A stretch of DNA of 38,441 nucleotides from a virus, in IMG/VR virus record IMGVR_UViG_3300045988_109852, positions 1 through 38,441 of that record; one strand, written 5' to 3'. Under the pieces are notes generated by a model. The model was given only the letters and a program-made list of their open reading frames with translations. It was not told the DNA's origin and did no database searches. The position numbers and the translations under genes were made by a program. Positions 21,058 through 31,105 of the stretch are shown here, piece by piece; position 1 is the stretch's first letter, and every line of letters begins with the position of its first letter.

Positions 21058-24000
21058 ACTTCAAGCTCGGCAGCTTCCCGTACTTCAGGAAGTAATCGAT
21101 CGGGCTGCCCTCCTCGACGTACACCGTCCGGTTCCCTGCCTTGAGCGCCTTCCTCTTTGCCTGCGTCACGGCTTTCTGAATGTCCGTCCCGCTCGCCGTC
21201 TTCGTGAAGTCCGCGATCACGTTCCCGCTCACTTTCGGCGTTTTGGACGTTCCGCCCGCCTTCGCGGAGGATGCCGTGCCGGACCTCGGGATGATGATCT
21301 CCGGCGCTTTCGGCGTCGGGGCCTTGAGCGCCGTCCTCTTTCCTCTCCCGCGCCGGCCTCCGGAGCCGCCCGAACCTCCGTTCCACTTCTGATTCCTCGC
21401 GCTCTTCGCTGTGTACCCTGCGGCAACGTAAAGGGCGTCCTTCTGCTCCGGCGGAATGTCCAGGCTGTTGATGTACTCCACAACTTTTGCCTTCTTCGAT
21501 CCGGAAATGCTCTTGCCGTTCTCGTCCTTGTCGGCGTGCATCTCCTTTGTGGCAAAGTAGTAGTCGTAGTACGTCTCGTAGGAAACTCCCTTGGCGTACG
21601 CGGTGCGGGCCTTGTCGTAGACGTCCGCGTTGTAGGTGCGCAGTGCATACTCTGCGCCGAATACCTCGCGGTTTGCTTCGCGGTATACGATGGCGTCCAT
21701 GCGGCTCTCCGCCTGGTCCTCGGTGATGCCGTACAGCTCGGCGTACTCGGCGATGGCCGCGTCGTTGTCGGTCGAGAGCTCCGGGTGCGCCTTGAGATAG
21801 TCGTTCACCGCCTCACGGTACGGCTCGGCCTGCGCGAGGATCTCCTTCTGCCGCTCGATGAGCTGCGCCTTCAGCGCCCGGACGAGCCGGTTCTTCTCGC
21901 CATCCGAAAGGCTCTTGTCGTTCTGGATCGCGCGGATCTGCTGGTAGTAGTCGTTCACCTCGTCGCCGGCATGAGAAACGTATTTCCGCGTGATGCCAGC
22001 TCCGATGTCGCCGTCGTTCGCGTCGTACTTGAGATCGTCCAGAAGATCGTAGTACTCGCCCGTGGTCTTGTTGGTGCTCGTGGTGTCGATGGTGAACGCC
22101 GCCTGCGGCGCCGCGAGCAGCCAGTGGCTCGACTTCGTTGCCGGAGTAATCAGTGGGAGCAGAAGGTCTCCTATTACGCCGGTGTACTGGTCGAGAAGGT
22201 AGTTGACCTTTTTCGGCGACACCTTGAACAGCTTTCCGATAGCCTTGGAGAGCTCGTCCGTTTTCTCGTCGTACCGGTCCTCCGGTCGGTAGTTTTGCAG
22301 ACGGTCGCTCTCGATGTTCCCGCCGTACCATGTCGTGCCGGGGTTGTCCGGGTTCGTGAGCTTTGCCTGCGTCCACGCGGTAGCGATGTTCTGGTTGAAA
22401 ATGTCCGTGGGAGCAATGTTGCTCTTGATGACCTCGAACACGTCGGAGAACTTCACGTCCTCGCCCTTCTGTTTTTCCTGCGTGTACACAGCGGCAGTGC
22501 TCAGTACAGCGATAGCGCGCCCCTTTGGTATCTTGATCCAGTACCCGTTGCCGAACATTTTCCCGGCGTTGATAAGATAATAGTTTGCCTTCGTGCTGGC
22601 CGGAATATCGTCCCAGTCGTCATCATCGCCATGCATCAGGCCGTTTAGCAGCAGCGGCGGCAGATTGATGAGCGCCGCCTTTAGGATGAGAGACGCCGCG
22701 GCTTTCACGCTGCGGGTCTCCGTAGCGTTCCGGATGAACTTATCAAAGCCCTGTACGGACGGGTTGAGGAACGGCACGAGATACCGGTTGAGTGCCTTGG
22801 TGACGCTGCCGCCGCGGGCAAAGTTCGTCGTGATATCCGCCGCGCCGAGCATCGCCTCCATGAGGTCGCTCTGCGTGAATTTTCCGGTTTTCACTCCGTC
22901 CACCGTCTTGCTCCCGCCCTTGTTGGCAAGGATGGTCATAAACTCCGCAAGGCGGGGCGCCGCTTCGATGGCCTGTCCAAAGCTCTCATACCGTGCCGCA
23001 GCTTTGCCCAGCGCGTTCTTCGGCTCCTTCACCATGCCGGTCGTATAGTCCAGCATGGAGGCGTAGGAGCCGCCCAGCGCCTTGTACTGCTGCCAGATCT
23101 CGCCGTTTTTTCGGATTTGGTTCCATGCGCTCCAGTACATCTTTTCCCACGTCTTCCAGTCCGTGGAGTAGAACCCTGCGTCCTGCCAGTCTCGCACGCC
23201 GTTGCGAATCATGAAGAACGGATTGTACCCGGTGCATAGCGCCTTGAAGAGGTCGTTCAGCTTCTTCATAGCCTTTGCCGCGCCGTAGCTTGCGAACTTG
23301 TCCGGCTCAAAGGCTTTCATGGCCGCTGTCAGCCCCTCGTCCATCGTGATGTCGTAGGCCCTGCCGTTATCCTTCACCGAGAACACATTCTCGAATACCG
23401 GCTTGTAGTCCTCGTCGCTTTCAATGGCGGCCTCCGTCGGCGTGTACTCGCTCTCTGCAACGTTCCAGATGTACTTCTCCGCCGCTTTCGCGTTCCCGTC
23501 GTACTCGCGTACCAGCGCAAGGCCGAACTGGTTTAGGCCGGCGTTCCGCATCGTGGATACCGTCTTTCGGGAGAGCGCCGTGTGCAGCGGCAAGAGCACG
23601 CCGTCGCTGCCGACGGCCCGCCCGATGGCGTTCGATACGACGATGCCGCCGTTTCGCCGGGCGCTTCTGGCTCTCTTGCTGTTCGTACCCTCCTCGCGGA
23701 AGGTGGGGATGTAGTGCGGATACCGCTTTTTCAGCGCATTGGCAAACTCCGGCGTGATGAGTCCCGCCTCCACGCGGTAGCGGATGAGATCGTCCGAATA
23801 CTTATAGACCTCCTTCGCCCATTCCTTGAACTCCGGGTTCTTTGCCTCGAGAAGCTGCGCCGCCGTCTGGGAATCGTCCGCCGTCACGTCGTATCCGAAT
23901 ACCGGCTTCAAGCCCTGCTTTTCCACAATAGCCCGCTGCCGTTCCAGCTCCAGCGCGTAGGCCGCGCCCTCCGCTACGGACGTAAGGCTCGGCGCCTCGC

Positions 24001-27000
24001 CGTTGTGCGCCGCAAGATAGATCTCGTGCGCCGCCTGGCGCACGACCGGTGAATCGCTGTCGCTGTTTGCGATCCGGCGCAGCTCTTCATTCGACAGCTC
24101 CCGGAGCTCCGGGTATTTCTCCTTTACCCAGCGGAGATTTTCCTTGATCCGCTCCAGCTCGCCGCTGTTGTCGTACTTCATGCGGTCCACGTTGTGCATG
24201 TGCAGAAGATAGAGCTGAAAATCGCGGTACTTTGTCTCATTCTTCCGCATCGGGGCGAGGGTATCCGCAAGGCTCGCGCCGATCCTGTGGCCGTCGATGT
24301 CGGTACGCGCGCCGCCCTTGGCGATCCAGTTTCCCGCGCGCTGGGAGTAAGCCCCGGCATTGAAGTAGTACCCCTCAAGGCTCTTGCTTCCCGTAGCCTT
24401 GGCGATCCGGCGCACCGTGTCCCCGGCATTCACGAACATCCGCATAGCCCCGCTCGTGATTTTCTCAAAGTCCTCGCGGAAATTCCGCTCGGCCTTTATG
24501 ACCTCGGACGTGACCTTTTCCGTCGTGGCGGCGATCGTCGTCCCGGCAGCCGTGTTTTCCGTCTCCGCAGCCTCGCTGCTTTTCGGTGACGGCTCCGTGC
24601 TGTCAAGCTGTTCGGGATCTCCGAACAGCTCGGCGATCCGCGCGTCCTCGTCCGCGGTTTTCTCGGCCTCGAATTTCTTGGCGCGCTGGTAGTTCTCCTC
24701 CGAGAAATTCTTGTTGGCCATCGTGATAACTTCCTCTGCCGCATCTCTCGCCGCCGTCTCCTTCAGCGCCCGGACAAGTGTGTCTGCCTTGTGTCCGTCG
24801 TGGAAGATCGTCGCCTCGAAGTAGCCGCCGATCGGCGTCGGCTTCACCTCAATTTTGAATGTAGAATCCCTCGGCGTCCCCTTGAGGAAACCGGTCATCT
24901 GCACCTTCACCTCGGACTTGCCCTTGCCCATAAGCTCCCGGTAGACCTCGCCGGAGCTTTTGTTCGGCACGAATCGCTGTCCCGCTCCGAGATTTTCCCG
25001 CGCGCGGAGCCGTTCCGTCTCCCGCCGGTCGTTCTCCTGCGATTCTCTCATCTTATCTTTCCGTGCATTTCTGGCCGCAGCGCTTTCTTCCGCGTCATCC
25101 AGTGCTTCCGCGACGATCTCGTTGTTCCACGCCCGGCTCTCGTAGTCTCCCTCCACGGCATAAAGCGTTGTGTTGGCAGCGGTAACGACCGTTCCGGTTC
25201 CGTCGCCTCCAAACGGAAACCACGCGCGCACAGCTCCGTTTATGTCCTGCCCGACAACGAGCCCGTAATGTCCGGATTTGTCCTTCACCCATGTCCAGAA
25301 CGGCACGGTCTGCACCTCTGTCCCGCTCTCGGTTTTGAACACAGGATACTCCTTGTTTTCCGCTCTTTTCAGATCGCTTTGATAGTTGCCGCGGAGCTTC
25401 GTGTCCGGGTTGTAGAGGATGCGCGACGCGATCTCCGCCCGCATCCGGTCTCCCGCCCATCGGATCGCTTCCATTTTGGCCTTCGACTTATGCTTGGCGA
25501 CAACGTTTTTCCCGTCGCTGATATAGGCGTAGTACTCTCCGTTTTCCTCGCGGATGTTCACACGGTAGAAATTGCCTCCGCCCTCGTTCAGCGTCGCCTG
25601 GCCGCCGGTTTCCAGCCGTTTTTCCATGCCGGATATCTGCTTTTCATACTCTGCCACGTTCCGGACGGTGCGATTTTCCGCCATTTTGGGAGTCGTATTC
25701 TGGTACTTCTCGGCCTCGGAGAGCTTTTTTCTTCCCTGTTTTTTGTTGTCAGAATCCCGGTTTTCCACCTCCACACTCGCTTTGCCGGAAGAATTTTCTT
25801 GACTATTCCCCTCCGTCTGGCGTATAGTAACCGTAGAAGAAGACTTTCCCCTACGAGCGCCAGTTTCGTCAACGGAATTGGAAGAGCCATTAAAACTGGG
25901 AGGGCTTCTTCTTTCTATTTGTCCGACGTTGTACACAACTACCCCGTTTATGCCGTCGGGAGTTGAGATTGTCACCTGATAATACGTCCCATCGAAGTCA
26001 CAGAACCATGCGCGCCGGTAGTACCATCCATTTTTTGCGAAGTCACCGTGTATCGGCGTCCCCGTTCTTCCGATTTCGTCCGGTTTAGCCCTGTCGGATG
26101 TTTTTTCAGATATCTTCACCAGCTCGTCAATGTGTGCTTCCGCGTTCAGCTTGGTTTCATATTCGGCGTCTGTAAGCGGTCGAAGTCTCCCATTCGCGTC
26201 TCGCACATAGTTCCGGAAGCTCGCTTTCCCGGCGGTGTCCTCCGTGATCTTCAGCACGTCGCCGGAATCCGTCGTAAGGATCACGTCCTCGCCGTTGCGG
26301 ATCTTCCGGTTGATGTAGCCCTCGATCTGGTCGGCCCAGCTGTCCGGGTCATCCCCGAAGATCACCTGCCGGTCAGCCTGCACGTACTTTTTCCCGTCCG
26401 GAAGAACCACGATGCTCGCCCTTCCGGAAGATTTTTCTTGACTATCCCCGGTATCAGAGTGTACAATAGCATCAGACGAAGCCTTCGGCCCTCTGGTGAC
26501 CCCGTCTTGAACGGTAACCCCAGTTTTTGTGTTGCCGGGGGCTTCGTTCTTTATGTTTATGTAGTTTCCGTCCTGATCAACAACTTCGTCCAGATAGAAC
26601 TTGTTTGTTCCCTGATCTCGGTTTACTACAGCGGCTACATAAACGGTTGCGTCTCCCAATCCTACCGGAGCAGCAATCATGTAGCTGTCGTACCCTCGTC
26701 CTTTCCAATTCAGATTCGTCTTGATGATGTAGCCTTTTTCGATTACTTCCTTTATCGCTGCAACGCCCAGCACCTTTGACCGGTTCGGTTTGTGGTTTAT
26801 AATTCCGTCAACTCCGTAGCGGTTCAGCTCCACTTCGCCGAATCCTTCGCGGTGCGCGACGTTCCCCACAGACGCGAACAAATCAGAAATTTGTTGATCC
26901 AACGGTTTCGACGCATCATTCAATTCTTCCCCCGTAAGGTGCTTTACGACTTCCGAATTTTGCAGAAGCGGTATGCTGCTCGCCAGAACATAGGCGTTGC

Positions 27001-29650
27001 TGTTTGGATTTGATTCCAACGCCGACTTTGACTTTTCAATGTATACAGCGCCCTGTCCTTCCGGCGGTCCCGTCGTCTTCTGCTGCGCCTCTGCCCTCCG
27101 GGCCGGGGCGTTTCTTTCTGTCTCGGCGCGCACGGCTTCCTGCACCGGCGCGTCGCCGGAGAACCAGTTCAGCCCCGCGTAAGCGTCCGCCGCGATCTCC
27201 TCGGTGAGCAGCCGCTCGATCTCGTCCACGCTCATATTTGCGAAATCGTAGACCCCTGCGTAGTCCGCTTTATAGGCATCCCGCATGGCGTCGTATTCCT
27301 CGGCGGTCATGCTCTCGCGGATCACCTCGTCCGACGCCTGCAAAACCTCCTCGGAGATGTAGTTGTGGAACAGCTCGTGCCGCACCAGCGCCTCCGGGCT
27401 GATAACGTTGCCTCTGCTGTCCACGGCGTCCACGCGGAAGAACACCCTCCCGCTCTCGGTATAGGCGTTCGCGTAGCCGTCTCCCACCTGGATTGCCCCG
27501 CGCACCGCTACCGGCTCAAGCCCGTTCTCCAGTACGGCGTCGTAGGCGCTCTTCGCCTCGCCGCCGAGCCTCTGCGCATCCACGACGGTCACGGCCTCCG
27601 TGCCGCCGTTTCGGATGCCGAGCTGCGCCGGATTTACTTGCCGTAGATCCGCTTGCGCGTCCGTTCCCACGCCTCGTTGAACTTCCGTTCGGCCTCCGGT
27701 GAGAGCTTGTAGCCCTCCTTCGGCGCCTTCCGCAGCTTGTCCGCGGGAACCGACATAAACAGCCCCGCTTTCTTCCCGGTGATAAGCACTCTGTTCATTG
27801 TTCATTTCCTCCTGAATGTTGATCGCCGCCGCGGGCGTCGTGCTGATTCCTTCGTTCTGCGCCTTCTGCGCGCCCACAGGCGCGTTTTGCGTCCCGGCAG
27901 TATAAACACCTTCCTGCGTGCCGGAACGCCCGCCCGCCTCCATCTGCTGCGTCAGATACTCCGCCGCGCGCTTCATATCTTCCTTCGTGCCGATCTTCTG
28001 CCGGAGATCGTCGGCGTTCTCCGCGTCGGTCAGCTCGGCCAGCGCGTATATAACGCCGGGGTTTTCCGTCTGCGCGTCCTGCATCATCTGCACAACGTTC
28101 TTCGGCGTGGTGTTCAGCCGCTCGGCTGTCTGGTTGATGTTCGCGCGATTCGTTGTGTACTGCACGCCGCTCGACCCCAGTGTTGCCAGCGCGCCGCCGA
28201 GGAACGAAAGCCCCTCCTGTCCGAGAACGGCAAGCACGGTCGCAAGCTCCGCGTGCTTCTTCTGCCAATCCGTGCCGCTGGTCCGGTAGTATTCGAGCAT
28301 CTTCGGGATCCCGCTCTCTTCCGTGCCGAACGCCGCGTCGATCGCAAGGTTTACCACGCCGTTCGCCGCGTCCGACATGACCTCCTCCATGCCCTCGGGG
28401 ATCATCGTGAGCGCCATGCTCTTCACAAAGCTCAGCGGATTTGCCTTGATCTTTCGGATGACCCATTCGCCGCCGACCGCTTCTGAGGCGTACTCGATCG
28501 CGCCGCGCGTCAGACCGAGCGCCAGCGCTCCGGCGTTGGAGTATCCCTTTTCCTTGCTCTCGGCGATGGACAGGGAAGCCGCCTCCGAGCTCATCAGCGC
28601 CGAGCCGAGAATGTTCGTCGCCTTCATCAGCGTGTCGCCGGTAAGCCCCACGGCCTCGCCGATGCCCTTGGCGACAAGCGCGTTCATCGCGCTGTCCGCG
28701 GCGCTCATCGCCGTGTTGTAGACGAAGCTCCCGACCTTGCCGCCCATCCCCGGATTCGTTTCCTCGATGTGCTGCGAGGTGTCGGCGCGGAGATCCTGCG
28801 TGATGTTGCTCGCCTGCCGCCACTTGGAATAGGGGTTGATCTCCTGCCCCTTCGCCGTGCGCACCGCATCGTCCGCCATAGCGATCATGCTCGTGATCGT
28901 CCGGGTAGGCTGCGCCGCAACGGTCATGGCGCTTGCCAGCGTCCGCGTCGCCGCGTTCTTTCCGAGCGCCTCCGTCGTCGCCCGGTTCGTGCCGGTGTAC
29001 CACTGCTTATCCAGCTCCGGCTCAAGATCGCTCAGATAGGCATTCGCCGCTTTTTTCCCCTGCGTAGCGTACAGGTAGTTGTATACGCCGATCTCATCAT
29101 CGGTCATGAAGGCGTATTTCCCGTAGTCCTGTCCGCGTCCCTGCGCCTGCTGCACGTCGGACTGCGCGCGGAAGTTCCCGATGTTGTTGATGTAGTCATA
29201 CCGGGCGTCGCCGAAGAGCTTCCTCTTGCTCTCGCCGCTCTTGGAAAGCTCGGTATAGTCGCTCGCTTTGAGAATACCGGCATACTTCCCGGAGCCGGCC
29301 GAGCTCGCCCGGTCATCCGCCTTTCCGTACACGCTGTTGAAAACGACGCTCGTGCCCTTCGCCGCATTCCCGCTCTTCATCTGCGCCGCCGCCTGTGCGT
29401 AGAGACTCTGCGTCCCGCTCTGTTTTGTCTGCGCCGCAGCGTCCGCATAGGGCGTCTGCATGGTGCTCTGTCCCTGCGAGGCTTTCAGCGCCTCGGTGTA
29501 CAGATTCAGCGGGTTGGTGCGTACCGGTTTTCCCGCTTTCGCGAAGTACGCGTCCATATTGCTTGCCGGCTTCTCTCCGGATGCCGATACAGAGGAAGTC
29601 GTTTGACTTCCTCTGTTTGCCTTTGCGAAATATTCGTCGAGTCTGCTCAT
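21056..29650 (-). CDS. Giant (~2860 aa) multi-domain virion/ejection-type polyvalent protein with HExxH metallopeptidase motif
   Basis: One uninterrupted ORF. The likely start is the ATG at 29650, which overlaps the upstream stop (ATGA) and has GGAGGGAAG upstream. HELFH is at nt 27365-27379. The protein has a Gly/Ala-rich membrane-like N-terminal region, at least two internal modules bounded by a repeated linker, and a basic tail. Confidence 0.8.
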   Translation of the reverse strand: MSRLDEYFAKANRGSQTTSSVSASGEKPASNMDAYFAKAGKPVRTNPLNLYTEALKASQGQSTMQTPYADAAAQTKQSGTQSLYAQAAAQMKSGNAAKGTSVVFNSVYGKADDRASSAGSGKYAGILKASDYTELSKSGESKRKLFGDARYDYINNIGNFRAQSDVQQAQGRGQDYGKYAFMTDDEIGVYNYLYATQGKKAANAYLSDLEPELDKQWYTGTNRATTEALGKNAATRTLASAMTVAAQPTRTITSMIAMADDAVRTAKGQEINPYSKWRQASNITQDLRADTSQHIEETNPGMGGKVGSFVYNTAMSAADSAMNALVAKGIGEAVGLTGDTLMKATNILGSALMSSEAASLSIAESKEKGYSNAGALALGLTRGAIEYASEAVGGEWVIRKIKANPLSFVKSMALTMIPEGMEEVMSDAANGVVNLAIDAAFGTEESGIPKMLEYYRTSGTDWQKKHAELATVLAVLGQEGLSFLGGALATLGSSGVQYTTNRANINQTAERLNTTPKNVVQMMQDAQTENPGVIYALAELTDAENADDLRQKIGTKEDMKRAAEYLTQQMEAGGRSGTQEGVYTAGTQNAPVGAQKAQNEGISTTPAAAINIQEEMNNEQSAYHREESGAVYVGSRGQAAEGAEGGLQALTGGRTEVQRGVGTDAQADLRQVNPAQLGIRNGGTEAVTVVDAQRLGGEAKSAYDAVLENGLEPVAVRGAIQVGDGYANAYTESGRVFFRVDAVDSRGNVISPEALVRHELFHNYISEEVLQASDEVIRESMTAEEYDAMRDAYKADYAGVYDFANMSVDEIERLLTEEIAADAYAGLNWFSGDAPVQEAVRAETERNAPARRAEAQQKTTGPPEGQGAVYIEKSKSALESNPNSNAYVLASSIPLLQNSEVVKHLTGEELNDASKPLDQQISDLFASVGNVAHREGFGEVELNRYGVDGIINHKPNRSKVLGVAAIKEVIEKGYIIKTNLNWKGRGYDSYMIAAPVGLGDATVYVAAVVNRDQGTNKFYLDEVVDQDGNYINIKNEAPGNTKTGVTVQDGVTRGPKASSDAIVHSDTGDSQEKSSGRASIVVLPDGKKYVQADRQVIFGDDPDSWADQIEGYINRKIRNGEDVILTTDSGDVLKITEDTAGKASFRNYVRDANGRLRPLTDAEYETKLNAEAHIDELVKISEKTSDRAKPDEIGRTGTPIHGDFAKNGWYYRRAWFCDFDGTYYQVTISTPDGINGVVVYNVGQIERRSPPSFNGSSNSVDETGARRGKSSSTVTIRQTEGNSQENSSGKASVEVENRDSDNKKQGRKKLSEAEKYQNTTPKMAENRTVRNVAEYEKQISGMEKRLETGGQATLNEGGGNFYRVNIREENGEYYAYISDGKNVVAKHKSKAKMEAIRWAGDRMRAEIASRILYNPDTKLRGNYQSDLKRAENKEYPVFKTESGTEVQTVPFWTWVKDKSGHYGLVVGQDINGAVRAWFPFGGDGTGTVVTAANTTLYAVEGDYESRAWNNEIVAEALDDAEESAAARNARKDKMRESQENDRRETERLRARENLGAGQRFVPNKSSGEVYRELMGKGKSEVKVQMTGFLKGTPRDSTFKIEVKPTPIGGYFEATIFHDGHKADTLVRALKETAARDAAEEVITMANKNFSEENYQRAKKFEAEKTADEDARIAELFGDPEQLDSTEPSPKSSEAAETENTAAGTTIAATTEKVTSEVIKAERNFREDFEKITSGAMRMFVNAGDTVRRIAKATGSKSLEGYYFNAGAYSQRAGNWIAKGGARTDIDGHRIGASLADTLAPMRKNETKYRDFQLYLLHMHNVDRMKYDNSGELERIKENLRWVKEKYPELRELSNEELRRIANSDSDSPVVRQAAHEIYLAAHNGEAPSLTSVAEGAAYALELERQRAIVEKQGLKPVFGYDVTADDSQTAAQLLEAKNPEFKEWAKEVYKYSDDLIRYRVEAGLITPEFANALKKRYPHYIPTFREEGTNSKRARSARRNGGIVVSNAIGRAVGSDGVLLPLHTALSRKTVSTMRNAGLNQFGLALVREYDGNAKAAEKYIWNVAESEYTPTEAAIESDEDYKPVFENVFSVKDNGRAYDITMDEGLTAAMKAFEPDKFASYGAAKAMKKLNDLFKALCTGYNPFFMIRNGVRDWQDAGFYSTDWKTWEKMYWSAWNQIRKNGEIWQQYKALGGSYASMLDYTTGMVKEPKNALGKAAARYESFGQAIEAAPRLAEFMTILANKGGSKTVDGVKTGKFTQSDLMEAMLGAADITTNFARGGSVTKALNRYLVPFLNPSVQGFDKFIRNATETRSVKAAASLILKAALINLPPLLLNGLMHGDDDDWDDIPASTKANYYLINAGKMFGNGYWIKIPKGRAIAVLSTAAVYTQEKQKGEDVKFSDVFEVIKSNIAPTDIFNQNIATAWTQAKLTNPDNPGTTWYGGNIESDRLQNYRPEDRYDEKTDELSKAIGKLFKVSPKKVNYLLDQYTGVIGDLLLPLITPATKSSHWLLAAPQAAFTIDTTSTNKTTGEYYDLLDDLKYDANDGDIGAGITRKYVSHAGDEVNDYYQQIRAIQNDKSLSDGEKNRLVRALKAQLIERQKEILAQAEPYREAVNDYLKAHPELSTDNDAAIAEYAELYGITEDQAESRMDAIVYREANREVFGAEYALRTYNADVYDKARTAYAKGVSYETYYDYYFATKEMHADKDENGKSISGSKKAKVVEYINSLDIPPEQKDALYVAAGYTAKSARNQKWNGGSGGSGGRRGRGKRTALKAPTPKAPEIIIPRSGTASSAKAGGTSKTPKVSGNVIADFTKTASGTDIQKAVTQAKRKALKAGNRTVYVEEGSPIDYFLKYGKLPSLK

Positions 29651-31002
29651 TTTTTCTTCCCTCCGGGCCAAGTCTTATACCCCGCGCTCGTCGGCGTTTT
29701 GTTATACGCTTTGGCGGTTGCCGCGTAGTCGGTGTAGTGGATCGCGTCCCGGAACTGTTCTTCGGTGATATCCCCGGCTTTGTACCGCGCCGCCAGATCG
29801 TTCCAGATCGCCACCCGGTCTTTCCCGTCGTTCAGATCTCCGAGGATCGCATCCTGCAATCCTTCCGTAGAAACCGTAACACTCCCGCCGCCACCGCTTC
29901 CGCTGTAGTATCCGGAATACGACGGCGTCTTGACATACCCCAGCGTCTTCGCAAGCTCCGGGTTCGCCGCGATCCACGCCTTCTGCATCTGGTCAATCTC
30001 GCTCTGCGTGTAGCCGAGTCCGAGATAGCCGGAGAAGTCGCCGTACTGCGCCATGTTCTGTGCCTTCGTCGCGGCGTCCTGCTGCTGCTGAAGAATGAGA
30101 TTCATCATGTTCGCGTAGAGATTCTGCTGCGCCTGCGCGTTCGCCTGATCCCGCGCGGCGTTCGCCTGATACTCTGCGTCCGCGCCCTGCTGCCGCAGCT
30201 GCATAATGGCAGCGATACGCGCGGCTTCGTTCTCGTTCAGCCGCTCGCCGTAGGCCGTATCCAGCCCCAGCCTGGCCGATTCGCTCATGCCGCCGCTGTA
30301 GCCTCTCGCTGCCATCTCCTGCGGCAGCACGCGCAGTGATTCCATGTAGTCGCGGTAGAGCTGTTTGTTGAGACTGCCGTACTGGTCTCCAAGCTCGCCT
30401 ACGCCCTTCTCCGCCTGCGCGAGAGCCCGCTCGGCGGCGGCCTTCGCCGCGTCGTTGTTGGCCTTCACCGCGTCGTCGTACATTTTCTGGTACTGGTCGC
30501 GCAGCTCGTCCAGATACGTCCGCTGCGGCTCGCCCGGCGTTTCCTCCGGCGTTCCTTCCGTCGTGCCCTTCTGCGCGTCGCCGTTGGGGTCGATGTACGT
30601 CACCTTGCCGCCGCCGGACGTACCCGGCTGCGTCGGCGTCGTGGTCGGCTGCCGCGCTCCGTTCCGGTTCGGCAGTACGCCCGCTCCGGCCATAGCGCCG
30701 GTTATCGCTCCGCTTGCCGCATTCGCCGCCGTCGCGTCCATGCCCGTCTGGTCATAGAGCCCTTTTCGCGGCGGCGCCGCCGCTCCCGTCCGGTCGGGAT
30801 CGATGGTCCCCTGCAGAGACGAGCTGTTCGCGCCGTTTTTGATCGCCTCCGCATACAGATTCCCGCTCTGGTTGTTATTCGACCGCGGGCTCGAATAATC
30901 CGTTTTGCTGATCCCTACGCCTTTTCCAGTAGCGGCATCGGTGAAGCGATTTTCATACCGGTTGTTGGCCTGCTTGTTCACCCAATCCCAAAACTTAGCC
31001 AT
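29647..31002 (-). CDS. Hypothetical virion-associated protein (Gln/Ala-rich coiled region)
   Basis: 451-aa ORF with strong RBS GGGAGGAAGGAAG. It lies between the portal and the giant gene. Confidence 0.6.
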   Translation of the reverse strand: MAKFWDWVNKQANNRYENRFTDAATGKGVGISKTDYSSPRSNNNQSGNLYAEAIKNGANSSSLQGTIDPDRTGAAAPPRKGLYDQTGMDATAANAASGAITGAMAGAGVLPNRNGARQPTTTPTQPGTSGGGKVTYIDPNGDAQKGTTEGTPEETPGEPQRTYLDELRDQYQKMYDDAVKANNDAAKAAAERALAQAEKGVGELGDQYGSLNKQLYRDYMESLRVLPQEMAARGYSGGMSESARLGLDTAYGERLNENEAARIAAIMQLRQQGADAEYQANAARDQANAQAQQNLYANMMNLILQQQQDAATKAQNMAQYGDFSGYLGLGYTQSEIDQMQKAWIAANPELAKTLGYVKTPSYSGYYSGSGGGGSVTVSTEGLQDAILGDLNDGKDRVAIWNDLAARYKAGDITEEQFRDAIHYTDYAATAKAYNKTPTSAGYKTWPGGKKK

Positions 31003-31105
31003 CCTTCTTCCTTCCTCCCTGATACCGAACGCACTTCGGGTTGCGGCACTCCCATTCCGCCGCGTTCTTTTTCGTCATCTCAATGCCGCATTTCGGACAC
31101 TTCAT
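30995..31105 (-). CDS. Small zinc-ribbon protein (36 aa)
   Basis: MKCPKCGIEMTKKNAAEWECRNPKCVRYQGGRKKDG. Its ATG overlaps the portal stop (ATGA). Confidence 0.45.
   Translation of the reverse strand: MKCPKCGIEMTKKNAAEWECRNPKCVRYQGGRKKDG

Noticed and set aside
21056-29650. The giant ORF as a tape-measure protein or a virion RNA polymerase
   Set aside because: No tail tube or chaperone genes accompany it. It lacks the long uniform helical repeat style of tape measures. I could not find DxDGD-type double-psi beta-barrel polymerase motifs by eye. The HExxH motif plus the modular layout fits a polyvalent internal protein better.
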